64,000 bases of DNA from Octopus sinensis (taxonomy: Eukaryota): NCBI RefSeq assembly GCF_006345805.1, contig NC_043004.1, positions 30,690,001 through 30,754,000 on the forward strand, given 5' to 3'. Positions 24,111 to 39,193 of the stretch are shown here, piece after piece; the first letter of the stretch is position 1, and each line of letters starts with the position of its first letter. The notes below the pieces were generated by a model. The model ran no database searches and was not told the DNA's origin. It saw only the letters and a program-made list of their open reading frames with translations. A program made the translations under genes and the position numbers.

Positions 24111-25819
24111 TTATTGAGTCTCGTACTGTGAATAGATTATTTTGATTTTTCCCTTCAAAATATGTTTTATTCAAGAATTACCAAATAAATTTATCTTTGT
24201 TTCGCTTTTAGAAAGAACTATAGTTGCCTAAAGAGAAGTTGTCCTCGATACCTGAGGGTAGTCAACTAAAATAGAAAGTTTGTTTCACGAAATTTAATTT
24301 TCACACATAATATTTCACATCCAAAATGGCTACTACGCATAATTATTCCACTCGACACAATACTACAATGGCTAAATAAACAAAATATAATCAAAACGTA
24401 TAATTAAACGAGCAGAGGAAGAAACATATGAAACAGTATAGTAAACAATTAATAAAAGAAAATGTCCCAAATACTCAAATTACTTGTTTGGAAGATAGCC
24501 ATTACAACTGCAACAAAATTAATTATAGTAACTCTTACAAGGTTCCAGATATTGCCGTCCGTTCAGAAAACAGCAGCGTGAAAACCTACCTTCCTTTAAT
24601 ACGAAATGAAAAAATATAATTGTTGGTTCTATGATACAAGCAAAGTCTTAAGAGCATTTCTTTGTCGCAGGAAATAAACCAGGAGAAAGCGAAGAACAAA
24701 ATGATCATGAAAGGTTAAAGTGGATTAGATTTTCTCTCACATCAAGTAATACAATACGTCACTAAGGCATATCGGGAGAAATAATCTCATTTGAGAAAGG
24801 CAAAAGCTATGGCATTATTTGCTGTACCTTTAAAACTAAAAACGCAGTCAAAATACCGGTTGAAATTATCAGACATATTTCTGACTGTACATTTGTACCC
24901 CTGTGCATGGGTCAAAGAAATACAAGAGTCACAATAAGGCACAATGGATACGATGCAGATCCATGGTTAGTAGTGACTTTTATGTTGTAGTATATGATAG
25001 TGATGGAAGTAGGTTTAATGACAGGTGACCTGTGATCAGGGAGCGTCAAAATGGGCTTTCAAGTCCTTTTGACACACCAAAGGCCACAGAGTAATTCTGG
25101 AACTGTTCCCTGAAGACATGAAAGCAAAGAGCATGTGATTGATGATACAGAGTAGAAAACTTGGTTGTTATATTTACTGAAAATACACATTAAAGAAGAA
25201 TATCATGAAGAACTGGGAAGTTTAAGCAAAAAAACTGCAAATGAACAGCAACAAATGGGCGTGCGAGAGCAAAAGGGTAATTAACCAGGGCTTTGCTAAG
25301 ACCACGAGTGGGGAGGGGGATTCTCATGTTCAATCCAAGGAAGATTTAGAGACGGCCCTGCTAGATGCATTGAGATCTTTATCGAGAAAGCAAGATCATA
25401 TGGCGTCGTATGTGTGCTATCTTTAAAACAGAAAACGAAGCAAGCCCAAACTGTCTGCAATACATCTATCCATGCCCATTGCTAAGGGAGTGCGCCGGAT
25501 GGCACTGCCCTCTAACTATTCAACAGTGCATTCTCAGATTTATAGTGGTATACTTATTTCAAAACTCCCCTTTAGCATTAATACAAATTAGTGCCTACCC
25601 AGTGATTTTTTTTTTTTTAAGCATTCTCAGGCACTAAAGTCTGACGACAGGCCTGCATCTATCCATACACTAGTTCCGCAATATTTGGGAATAAGCAGTA
25701 CAAGGGTCCTTATCAGAGACGTCAGTGACGTTGTCAACTTCTGGTTCCATGTGTTACTTGTCACTTTTGTAGAACAATTTGTATAACAGACGGCCATTGC
25801 CGACATAACTTTATCATGG

Positions 25820-26110
25820 TGTAGGTCCAAGTCTATGTAAATTACCCAGTGAATATACAGTGCTGCTCTATCATGCCTGTTAAGATACTATGTAGGCGCA
25901 AGAAGGCTGCACATGGAGACAACATGATCGATGGTTTGATTTTGTTGCTTACATACACGTTATGTTGGGCTACTGTCGTTTATTTAAGATGGTCTAGTAG
26001 CTTCTTGTATGTAGGCATTGAATTTGGATAGCTATAATAACCCCTTCTGTCTCTGATTTTAAGCCAGAAGACACAAACTACTGATGGGTAAGGGCTTTGT
26101 CAACATCAGT
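25820..26110 (-). mobile_element. R4/Dong-type LINE fragment (CCHC region)
   Basis: Minus frame SSGLKSETEGVIIAIQ...CKQQNQTIDHVVSMC...NRHDRAALYIHW. Confidence 0.8.
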
Positions 26111-26326
26111 TATTATTATTGTTGTTGTTGTTGCTGTTTACTTTTAATCTGCATGTTTGCTGCAATCACTTGCCGAGACACACCCAGCATCCTAGGGTAA
26201 GCGGCGGATAAGAGATGTTACAGTATAACTGAAAGCTTGAGGAAAAGAAGTGGTAGGGGTAGTAGCGAAATATCTCCATGTAATACAACACTGGCATTTA
26301 AATTGTTGGGGTTTTTCTAAGGATGT

Positions 26327-26364
<38 letters not shown>

Positions 26365-27044
26365 TGTTACGACCTGGTGGCCATAACACGAAATTACACA
26401 ACCAACAATGATGGGGTCAATCCAAAACAACAACATACCATGAATTTTTTTAAAAAATATTATTAACAATTAAATGTCAGCATACACAATCAGCCTACAC
26501 ACAAAACAAATATATACGAACAAAATAAATTCATGCTACACTAGACGTACAGTCAACATATTTAGAAAGGTAAAACATATATAATTCAGAAATTCGGACT
26601 CAGAAGCCTAGCTTTACCAACTTGATTCCACAAACTTGGATTCGTAACTCTGGATTCACAAATTTGGTTTCACCACAAAATTGGACTCAGATGTGACACA
26701 GAAATTATTTTAAAACTGACAAGCAAAATGATGACAATGACACTCTTCTCTCTTTGTTTTTTTGTTTTTTTTTTTTTGCTTCTATATCTTCTGGAGGAGT
26801 TACCTCAATCCTATAAATATTAACCAAAATGAAGTAGATTGACAAAATTATTTTTTGAACCTGTTGAAGACACAAGATGTCGAAATATCGTTCACTTGAT
26901 GACAATGACACTCATTTAATTTTGCTGTAGCCCATCTTTTATACCAAGACAAAACAATTTGCATGATAACACCTCCAATCAGTTAAGATCCCAAGCCATG
27001 AGAGCCACTTGCCTGCTACTACGTCAGGGCTTTACGTCGTCGTC

Positions 27045-27240
27045 GTCAGCCAAAATGTTTAGCGCGGCATTTCTTCTGGTTCTTTACGTTCTGAGCTCAA
27101 ATTCCAGAGAGGTCGACTTTGCCTTTCATCATTACATGATCAATAAAATAAGTACCATTTGAGCTGTGAGGGGTCGATGCAATCGACTAACCCCTTTCCC
27201 AAATTTTCCAGCCTTGTGCCTATAACAGAAAGGATCATTA
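27045..27240 (+). mobile_element. Octopus-type SINE, degenerate
   Basis: TTTACGTTCTGAGCTCAAATTCC...GAGGTCGACTTTGCCTTTCATC...CCTTGTGCC. Confidence 0.75.
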
Positions 27241-27334
27241 TTTGATGATTTCAGAAAGTATGTCACTGAACTCTTTACTTTTAGTTTAATTAGTTCACAA
27301 AACTGTGCAAGGTGGAACTTTTTCTCTCTTTCTA

Positions 27335-27335
<1 letters not shown>

Positions 27336-27409
<74 letters not shown>

Positions 27410-27495
27410 CAGCAGCGGCAGCGGCAGCAGCAGAAAGAAGAAGAAGAAGAAGAAGAACAACAACAACAACAACAACAACAACGACGACGACGACG
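27336..27495. repeat. Compound trinucleotide microsatellite (TAG)(CAG)(GAA)(AAC)(GAC)
   Basis: Direct reading. Confidence 0.95.
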
Positions 27496-28000
27496 AATTG
27501 CCAGAAGAGATAAGATAAAAAGTTTTCATTATCGCTTTGTAGAAGATTATTAAAAGACCTTTCATTGCCCTTTTCTGTTTGTGTGAGAAGAGTGCAAATT
27601 GGTTTCTCTGTCTTTAGATGGCTCACAGGTAAAGAAATATCTTCGTAAGTTCTTTAGTATCTGTGGCTTTTAACAGCAACAAAATTGTCTGGAACAAAAG
27701 AAAAATTAGTGCAGAATAGAAATGCTTGCGGTGGTCATCTGTAATTAAATAGCAACAATCTCACAAACACTAACAGCTGCAACAGAAGTAATAGCAACTA
27801 CAAAAACATCAGCTGTAAGTGTAACAAGCGAACAATAATAATTTTCATCGCTGCTACGAAAACAGCAGCAGCGGCAACAGCAGTAATATTGATAACAACG
27901 TTTACTGCTACAAATGTATGAGCAATAACTGTTATAATGATAGAAGCTCATTCACTCAAGTTTTAGAAACGTGAACAACGACAGTGACGGAATCTATGCA

Positions 28001-28210
28001 TTAACTCTACTGCCATCTGGTTGACATTGATGTTGTGGAAACGAGGGGGTAGAAGGATTATCTCTACTAACAGTTGGTTGACGGACACGTGGAAACGGAG
28101 ACTACAGGATTGATTCTACCAACGTCTGGTTGGTAGATATGTTGTGGAAAGGAGCTTAAAGAGGTTAATTCTGCTGACATCTGGTTGGCACAGGTATTAT
28201 AGAAAATTAG
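28001..28210. repeat. Old degenerate ~55-bp minisatellite, 4 units
   Basis: Units start at 28001, 28058, 28110 and 28165 with recurring TT(A/G)xxTCTAC...TGGTTG...GTGGAAA. Confidence 0.7.
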
Positions 28211-28959
28211 AGCTCAAAACTACAACAGAAGGAAGGGTTATATACTGAAGCTGGGAAAGTAAGGTTCAATTTGATAAAGTGTACTCAGCAATTATAGTCT
28301 TGTATTCCATTAATAAATGTATAAATTTTAATATCCATTTCAATTTTACACACACACACACACACACATTTAAATGTTGGACTCCGGCATGGTGGTTAAA
28401 ATAATCTAGAAAACTAAAAATATATAAAGATTTAGGTATGGCTGTGTGGTTAGGAGGTTCACTTCGTAACTACACGGTTTCAGAAACATTACCTTCTGTG
28501 CATCACCTACAACAAATGTCCTCTAACATATTCTTGTGTCGAACAAAACTTTCGGAGTAAAATTTGGTCGGTGAAAACTATGTGGAAACCGGCAGAGTAC
28601 TGTATTTATTGTTGGAAAGTAGACAAGCCATCGCCCAGTTTAATACCACCATCAAACCTGCTGGTGCCTTTAGAGAAGTTCGCTATAATGTAGGCATATG
28701 GTCCAGGTCTCCGGTTTGAGAAGAATTTCTTTCATCCCACCCTTTCAGTTATGGAGATCTGAAAAGTCATAAGAACTATCTTTTCTTAATCATTAAACTA
28801 AACAACATTTTTTCAAATTCTCGTTAAAAAATAATCACTTTTTTTTTTAAATCCCGAGTTGTGAAATATACAGTCATTTAATGTAAATAAATGTTAAAAT
28901 GTTGGATATGCTACAGAATAGTCTCTTACTCTCTAATTGAAACACAAGGCCAGCAATTT

Positions 28960-29145
28960 TTCAGGGAAGGGGACTTGTCGACACCATCGGTCTCCAGTAT
29001 TTGATTTGTATTTCACTTTACCGACCTCGGATTGGTGGAAGAGAAAGATGACTTCAGTGGGATTCGGACCCACGAACTTAAAGAGCCGGGACAAATTCCG
29101 CAAAATATTTGTTCAACAATTTCAACGATTCTGCCATCAGCCCCT
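28960..29145 (-). mobile_element. Degenerate SINE, reverse orientation
   Basis: Reverse complement of a GGCAGAATCGTT...GTCGAC-family SINE head and body. Confidence 0.6.
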
Positions 29146-29689
29146 TTCAAACTACATAAACTAAAAAAAAAAAAAAAAAAAAAGAATGAACAGTTTCAAA
29201 TTAAATTTTAAAAAAATTAGTTACAAACATTTTGTTATATTAAAATATCAGAAAGAAGTTAGTTGCCACTTAACTGGAAAAATAGATGCTGAGACAAAAA
29301 TAAATGGGAATAGGTGTAACTTCTCTACGACTCAAAAGTGCATCCTTCATGAAACCTTCGGAATTCCGATAAGTTCCTATACACAAGGATGTAAAACGAT
29401 GACACTTTGGTAAATGTTTATTCAAATACTGAAAGTTGTTATTTTCACAAAACTAGACAACCCCAGCTTAATTTGACTGCCTACACTCATTTATTTAATG
29501 TATATACGCGTAGAATACACACATTCATATTCATGGATATAACTCTACATGTCCAAGTTTATGTAATTGATTATCAGATAATAATACATCCAGTAACTTT
29601 CTTGGTTTCCTTTTTCCTGTTGCTCGTCTTGTTTCATCAAGTATTATTTATTTACTTTATTTAGGCCTTGTGCCTAAGGTAGGTTAAAT

Positions 29690-30010
29690 GGGGGTGAAAA
29701 CCCCCTTTGATCATGATTGACCATGGAATTACACCCAAAAAGTTACCCTCCGAGGCACAAGTTTGATCAAAGCTGTTTGTGGGAGACCAGCAGTCACCCA
29801 TGCATACCAGTGTCCCCTCTCCGTGCCAGCAATGGCGGGAAAGGCAAAAACCGATACAGCTTGACACTAGTGATGTCGCAATTCGCTTCTACAGCCAAGT
29901 GAACTGAAACAACGGGAAATAAAGTGTCTTGCTCAAAAACACAACACAGCCCAGTCCGGGAATCGAACTCGCAACTTGACGATTGTAAACCCGATGCTCA
30001 AACCACTGAG
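29690..30010 (-). mobile_element. tRNA-derived SINE, reverse orientation; fragment of the same family at 4530-4620
   Basis: Minus-strand head CTCAGTGGTTTGAGCATCGGG...GAGTTCGATTCCCGG...TTGAGCAAGACACTT. Body GACCAGCAGTC(A/G)CCCATG is shared with 4530-4620. Confidence 0.75.
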
Positions 30011-30169
30011 TATCGATTTCTCTATTTTAATTTATTTTCTTAGTTTTAACTTTTTATTTGTTAGCTTCTAAATTCATCTAATTTAAATAATTAATAGAGT
30101 GAAGTAATTTATCTGTTTCTGTTGAGTGAATATTTGCCTGTATATATATAAACGAACGTAAATATGTAT

Positions 30170-30638
30170 GTATATAACAAATGACAGACGGAAAATGGAA
30201 TATACGAGAAAGTTGATTGCTCACAACGATCGTTTCAACCCATTCTGCATCCATTCCGCGCGGGTGCAATACTGCACTACTGTTTGTAGGGCATCCCTCA
30301 GAGTAGAAGTGTTTGGTCAGGTGATGTAATAATGAATATTTCGTTAAATAAGCCTGGTTTTGCCCGGTTAGAATACAGCTTGTTGTTAATGACCAAACGG
30401 CTTAAACCTACTATTACTAACAACATGCTGTATTAAAACCGAGCGAAACAGGGTTTATTTAACGAGATGCCACTTATAACATCACCTGACAAGACAGCTC
30501 TGTTCTGAGGGATGCACCACAACCAGTTGTACTGCATCCCACCCGCGAGGGATCGATGCAGGATGGATCGAAACGAACGTTGTAAGCAATAAATTTTCTC
30601 ATATATTCCATTTTGCATTTCTATAATTTGTTATATAC
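30170..30638. mobile_element. ~470-bp fold-back MITE-like element (whole element is an imperfect palindrome)
   Basis: GTATATAACAAAT.../...ATTTGTTATATAC termini. Arm blocks match throughout (TATTCCATTTT, GAAACGA(T/A)CGTTGT, CACCCGCG, GCATCCCTCAGA, GTCAGGTGATGT, TCGTTAAATAA); about 25-nt central loop at 30391-30415. Confidence 0.8.
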
Positions 30639-30899
30639 TCAGCGAACACTGAGGAGTTCTTTCCTTCAGCTTTCTTCTTTTTCTCTCTTCTTTATCTTTC
30701 TCTCCTCCCTTTTTTCCTATTTTTTCTTTCTCCTTTTCCAAACAAAACAAAACAACATCATCTTTTCGATGTGTATAAAAGACAAAAAAAAATTTGTAAA
30801 CCTTATATCTGAAGAGTCTCCATGAACGGGACGAAGGCGCTAATAAAGAATTATCCAAAATTCTGACTACCGCCGTTTTCTTATATATATATATATATA

Positions 30900-33393
<2,494 letters not shown>

Positions 33394-33577
33394 TGCTAAT
33401 ATCTTTAAAAGCGGGTCGGTTTAAACTTTCTCTTCCCACCTGTTAACAAATCACCTGATGATAGCGGAATTTTTTCATGATATAATCGTATTAAACTAAC
33501 TATTCATCAAAATGCTGCTGAAACAGACCGACAGTCATACATACAGACAGACAGGCCGATAGATAGATAGATAGATT

Positions 33578-33656
<79 letters not shown>

Positions 33657-34037
33657 TTGTATAGAATCGGAAGCATTTTGTTTAGGTAGACAAGGTAGAC
33701 AGTACCGACCCAGGAAAAAAAATAGAAATATAAATCAATATTAATGATTTCCAATTTGTAATAAAAATTCAAATTTAATTCCGATGTATTACTCAGTAAA
33801 TGACTACTATTTGTTAGGCACACAGACACACACACACACACACACACCCTTACACACGCATACACATACAAACATACACACATACATACGTACGTACATA
33901 CATACATACATACATACACACGCTATTTCCACTGCGTTACCACACAACCCTTTGGAACGTGTGTACCGCGAGTTCAACTCCAGTACATGTGTAAATTTTA
34001 GATGGGTAGTGTGAAACCATGTGTGAGGGTCTAACTG

Positions 34038-34078
<41 letters not shown>

Positions 34079-34999
34079 ATGTATGTATATATGTATGTAT
34101 GTATGTATTTAGGAATAATGTGATCAAAGTATCGCACTGGCTGTCAATTTCAACTTGTGATTCCTCAGTCCGTAGTATATTTTAGAAGCAACTAACTATA
34201 TGTGTATAATTTTGAGTAAATACGGAGTGATGAATGAACCAGAAGATGTTAGTGATTGATCGGGGATAACGGTTTTTAAGATTAGTGCAGATGAAGAATT
34301 ATTTGATGTGATGAGAAAGGTAGAGTTGTACGTTGTATATGTGGTTGCATAAATAGGTGATTGTCTAGGTTTTGAGACGAGAATCGCTGAGCCATGTGAC
34401 GCGCGGAGGTATTATTGATGAGTGAATGCTTGGATAACCAATAGATGTACTTGAGAATGGAAATCAAATGGCGGGTAATGAGCTCTTGGTACATGCTGGG
34501 TGGCGGTGGTGTGGATGAACGCCAAATTGTCAACTCTAATTAATTTAGAAGATGGTTAAATATGTGAATAGACATATGAATATATAAATAGACATGAATA
34601 TATATGAACAGACGGATAAATGACTATGACAAGATATATGAATATCTATAAAGACGAAAATAAGTCTATTTGTAAATACGTAAATATAACTAGAAATAAC
34701 TGTTGGAAAGTGGTTCCGGCGGGATTAATTATTAATTAATTGAGAGCAGTAGTGCGAGGTTTTCATCAGTGGGCATGTCGTTGAGGGTAGAGGTGTGTAG
34801 TTGTTGAATTGGGGTGTGATGCGAAAGACAAAGCGTGATTGTAGATTAAGAATGATGAATGTGTAATGTGATTTGTTTTTGAAATATACACTTATACATA
34901 TATAATCATAATCCCCAAAAGCATACACTCATATACAGTTTACAAATAAGCATGCACGTACACACGCACACACACATACATACATACATAGATACATAC

Positions 35000-35093
<94 letters not shown>

Positions 35094-35153
35094 TTTCGTT
35101 TTTGGATTTGGTTTGCAAGATTCTTTATATGAGTTCGTGTGTTGAAGCATATT

Positions 35154-35269
35154 CTGTTGTGTCTGGGGAGAGTCATTCTCTTTTAGTACCTTATTATTTA
35201 ACACACTCACCGGTGAGTGTGTTAAATAATAAGGTACTAAAAGAGAATGACTCTCCCCAGACACAACAG
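35154..35269. repeat. Perfect 116-bp palindrome (58-bp arms, no spacer)
   Basis: 35154-35211 is the exact reverse complement of 35212-35269; the centre is ACCGGT. Confidence 0.97.
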
Positions 35270-35292
35270 TATATATATATATATAATTATAT

Positions 35293-35348
<56 letters not shown>

Positions 35349-35539
35349 ACATATATCAGCTCCCAAAAATCCAGTGAAATCTGTGAAGGTAGAGTCAGTA
35401 GATCCAGTGGTAATCCGGGTGGAGTACTGGTATGTGGATGAGGAGAGGTGCTGAAAGTCTGGGAAGTGGTTCAGATATGCAAGTCCAAAGAGAAGGAAGT
35501 TCAGTCATGATCAAACTTGGGGTGGTGGGGGAACCACGT

Positions 35540-35800
35540 GAGCGTATAATATATAGTAAAAATTTTAAAGAAAAACAAAAGACGAAGACAGGTTTATGAA
35601 CAACAAGCAAGTGTATTAGTTTGGGGCTCGGGAAAAGTGAAAAAGTCTTGTACGTTTCGAGCCTATGCTCTTCAACAGAATGGAATAAGAGAAAATAAAA
35701 GAGAGAATGAAAAAAACTTGTAGATTTCAAACTAATACACTTACTTGTTCATACATCTGTTTTCGTCTTTTGTTTTTCTATAAATTTCACCCATCCACTT
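35540..35800. mobile_element. Inverted pseudo-LTR-like pair flanking a minus-strand hammerhead-like motif
   Basis: About 35555-35623 is inverted at about 35723-35790 (AGAAAAACAAAAGACGAA...AAGTGTATTAGTTTG). The spacer reads CTG-TTGAAGA-GCATAGGCTC-GAAACGTA on the minus strand. Confidence 0.65.
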
Positions 35801-36224
35801 CAACCTGTTCCACTGTCTGTTGTCCTTATGCTTCTAATTCTTTAGGATTTCCATCTTAGCGTTACTCCTACTTTCATCTTCGTCTAGCCCTAACGTTATA
35901 TCTTGTTTGTCTATTATTTCGTCCGCCAACGAACGGACTTTTTCGTATGTTCACTTCTGTATTGCATTTTTTTCCCTTTATTGTCTGTCCGTTCTCGTTC
36001 TGTTGTGTTTCGGTCCCATTTCCCGGCAGTTCTTGCCGGTCGCCACCAGAAGGGAATCAATATTATTGATAGCGGGACGAAATTGCGTTTTGACCCTCTG
36101 GCCGATAACTAATGAGGGGCCGGAGATCTTCTGTGTCTGTTTTCCGCTCGTCAGTGCATTCACTTTATGTTTTTCGACTTGCCATCCTGTGGCTGTTTCC
36201 CGTTCGTTTGTACATTTACGATAC

Positions 36225-36266
<42 letters not shown>

Positions 36267-36276
36267 TATATATATA

Positions 36277-37530
36277 TAAGGTTGTCTCATATGAAATATA
36301 TTTTAAATGGAATTCTTATGAGTCATCTATAAATGAATTTTTAATGAGTTTTTATGTGTGCTTGTGTTTACTCCTGGTTGTTTTTCTTTCTCGACAATAC
36401 TATTATTCAAAACTGCTACCCACAGCTCTTATGACAATGTTGACAATAGCGAGTGATTTTCTTGTACGAATACAAGTTGGATGACCCTGCCACCGAACCT
36501 CTACGAAACATCAAGCGGAATTTTTGGTAACTATTCTGTTGGCATTAGAACTGGTCAGAGATGGTTCCAAAGATTTCGTTCAGAAAATGAAAGCCTTCAA
36601 AATGAACCAAGAAGGAGACCAAAATCAGTTATTCGGCATGATAAATTGAATGCTTTGGTTAAACGAAATCCGAGAACAGTCCGAAAAATCGGATCAGACC
36701 TCCAGACATCTCCTGCAACTGCTTCGCGACACTTGAAGAAAATTGGAAAAGTCAAAATGATGGATAAGTTTGTTCCCCATCAACTTAATGAGATTCAAAG
36801 AAACAGACGCATTACAGTTTGTTCCATCTTGATTTCTCGGTTGGAAAGAGAACCATTTTTGTATCAACTCATTACATGTGATGAGAAATGGATACTCTTT
36901 GATAACAGCAGGAGGACAGGACTGGTTAGATGCAGGAGAGTCACCAAAACACTACCCAAAACCACCATTGCACCCTAAAAAGTTGATGGTCACCGTATGG
37001 TGGTCAACAAAGCGGAGTTTTTCATTATTCACTTTTGCAACAAGGAAAAACTGTAACAGTAACATCCTATTGTCAGAAAATTGATTGCATGCATGAAAAG
37101 TTTTTTAAAAAAATTAGCCCAGATTACTGAATAGAGATGGCCCAATTTTGCTTCATGATAATGCACGGTCTCACACTTCGCAACGTACGGTCCACAAGCT
37201 GCAAAGACGGAATTATGAAATTTTGGCACATCTTCCTTATTCTCCTGATATCTCTCCTACTGATTATCACATATTTAAATACTTCGAGCTTGCTATACGC
37301 AATAAAACATTCTTAAATAAAGAAGAGATAATTGTAGTATTCGAACAGTTTGCCAGTATAAAAGATGACAAACTCTTTGAAGATGGAATATATGCCTTAG
37401 AGGAATGTTCGGATGAAGGTCATAAATGAACAAGGATTGTATTTTGATAAAATAAATAATATTCTAAAACGTAAAAAACAATTTTAATGTTTGCTTTTTC
37501 AAATGCGACATTTCATGTGAGACAACCTAA
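36277..37530 (+). mobile_element. Full-length (1,254 bp) mariner DNA transposon with disrupted DD34D transposase
   Basis: TIRs TAAGGTTGTCTCATATGAAAT / ATTTCATGTGAGACAACCTAA, TA on both flanks. Motifs FVPHQL, TCDEKW, HDNAR, YSPDISPTDY. The ORF is split by frameshifts and stops. Confidence 0.95.
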
Positions 37531-37559
37531 TACATACATACATACATACATACATACAT

Positions 37560-37596
<37 letters not shown>

Positions 37597-38049
37597 TACA
37601 TACATACATACATACGCACACACACACATACATACATACATACATACATACATACATACATACATACATACATACATACATACATACATACACACACACA
37701 CAGACATGCTACAGAAGCTTGTCCGACCAGCTTGTGATTCACAGCATGAAAATTTAAATCTTGCATATATTAAATGATATTTATCTTTCACTGGTTAGAA
37801 TACCCGGCAACACCGCCGGAGCCTGCTTAGTGAGTAGGGATATTTTGCACGTTTTTGAAATATATATATACACATACATAAATTGAATGATTGATAGGGA
37901 ACACAGAGAGTACTGTAAGCATTATTTAGCACTTTATTTAGTCTTCCTAATCAATCCTTTTCAAACATATTAAACGTGTACCGAAGAATTCCTTACGTAG
38001 ATCCTACGATGAAACTGTTGTATCGCGGATGACGCCTGGTATCTGTAAG

Positions 38050-39120
38050 AGGTGAACCCAACACACACAAAACGCAACATCCCGTACTGTCTAGCCAGGA
38101 AAATTTGTACTATAGTAGATGATCCAAATACCAGACGCACACGACTTATAGAACTCAAGGGATTTCTGCTCAAGCAAAATTACCCTCTCCTACTTATAAA
38201 AAATAGCACACGGCAAAAGTGATACCTATAGAACAAATTACGGCAACACGAAAAAGACGAACCCATCAACGGAACACAATACTATTTCTAGTAAACACAC
38301 AATCTGCATCACCGAAACATTTTTAACATCATCAAAACAAATTTTCCAATCAGAAAACAAAGTGAAAAATTAAAAAACATAATAACTTATCAAACACTTA
38401 TCTTAAGCAAGAGGCAACCACATAACCTAAAGAAACTATTATCATAGGCAAAATTCAACATGAACAAACAGGATAAAACGTTCACAGTATCCAAGTGTAA
38501 TGATAACAGACGTGAAACATGTCAATATACTAGAAAATCCATTAGAAAAGAATGCAGATATGAACTGCAAAAGCAGAAATTTGATCTACTGCATTAAATG
38601 CCCGAACTCCGAGGAACTATATATAGGCGAGACAAGGAATGCATTATCGGAGCGCTAACGAGTCCGCGGACAACAAATCTGGAACACCAATGTTCACCAA
38701 ATTCCATTGAGCGAACATATAGAAACATGTGGGCAGAAAATGTTCTAATCTTTCCTTTCCACAAACTGCATGACACAAGTGGGGTTGGAAGAAAGATAAA
38801 AGAAAAACGGTTTATTAAAATGTTCAGACCTGTTCTGAACGGAAATAAAAAACAATAATATAACCAGTTAATGATGTAGATTTAAAATATCTATAACATA
38901 TGAATATAAACAAATTACAGAATATCGGTACGCCCGGAAAACCGTGCGGATTGGTCAAAAGTGCATTCCGAAAATTCTGCTTGTTGGAGCATTCTAAGAG
39001 GTACGAAAGTTGTCAAGAACTCAACTGAAAGCTCCAATTGAACTATATGAATATCAAAAAATACTTTTTTAATGTTAAAACACCATAATAAAAAACGTGG
39101 AAACCAGATCATGTTTTAAC
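38050..39120 (+). mobile_element. Second Penelope-like element relic (RT thumb + GIY-YIG)
   Basis: PTHTKRNIPYCLARKICTIVDDPNTRRTRLIELKGFLLKQNYP, homologous to the first PLE; MNCKSRNLIYCIKCPNSEELYIGETR at 38560; ends in (TA)n. Confidence 0.85.
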
Positions 39121-39132
39121 TTTAATCAATTG

Positions 39133-39192
<60 letters not shown>

Positions 39193-39193
<1 letters not shown>

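Noticed and set aside
28001-28210. CRISPR-like array (also considered for the RTE tail repeats at 51885-52090)
   Set aside because: Eukaryotic context, degenerate repeats, related spacers and no cas genes.
38984-39037. Three-way junction with GAAA in the second PLE's tail as a hammerhead
   Set aside because: The core reads GGTACGA, and the NUH cleavage triplet is missing.
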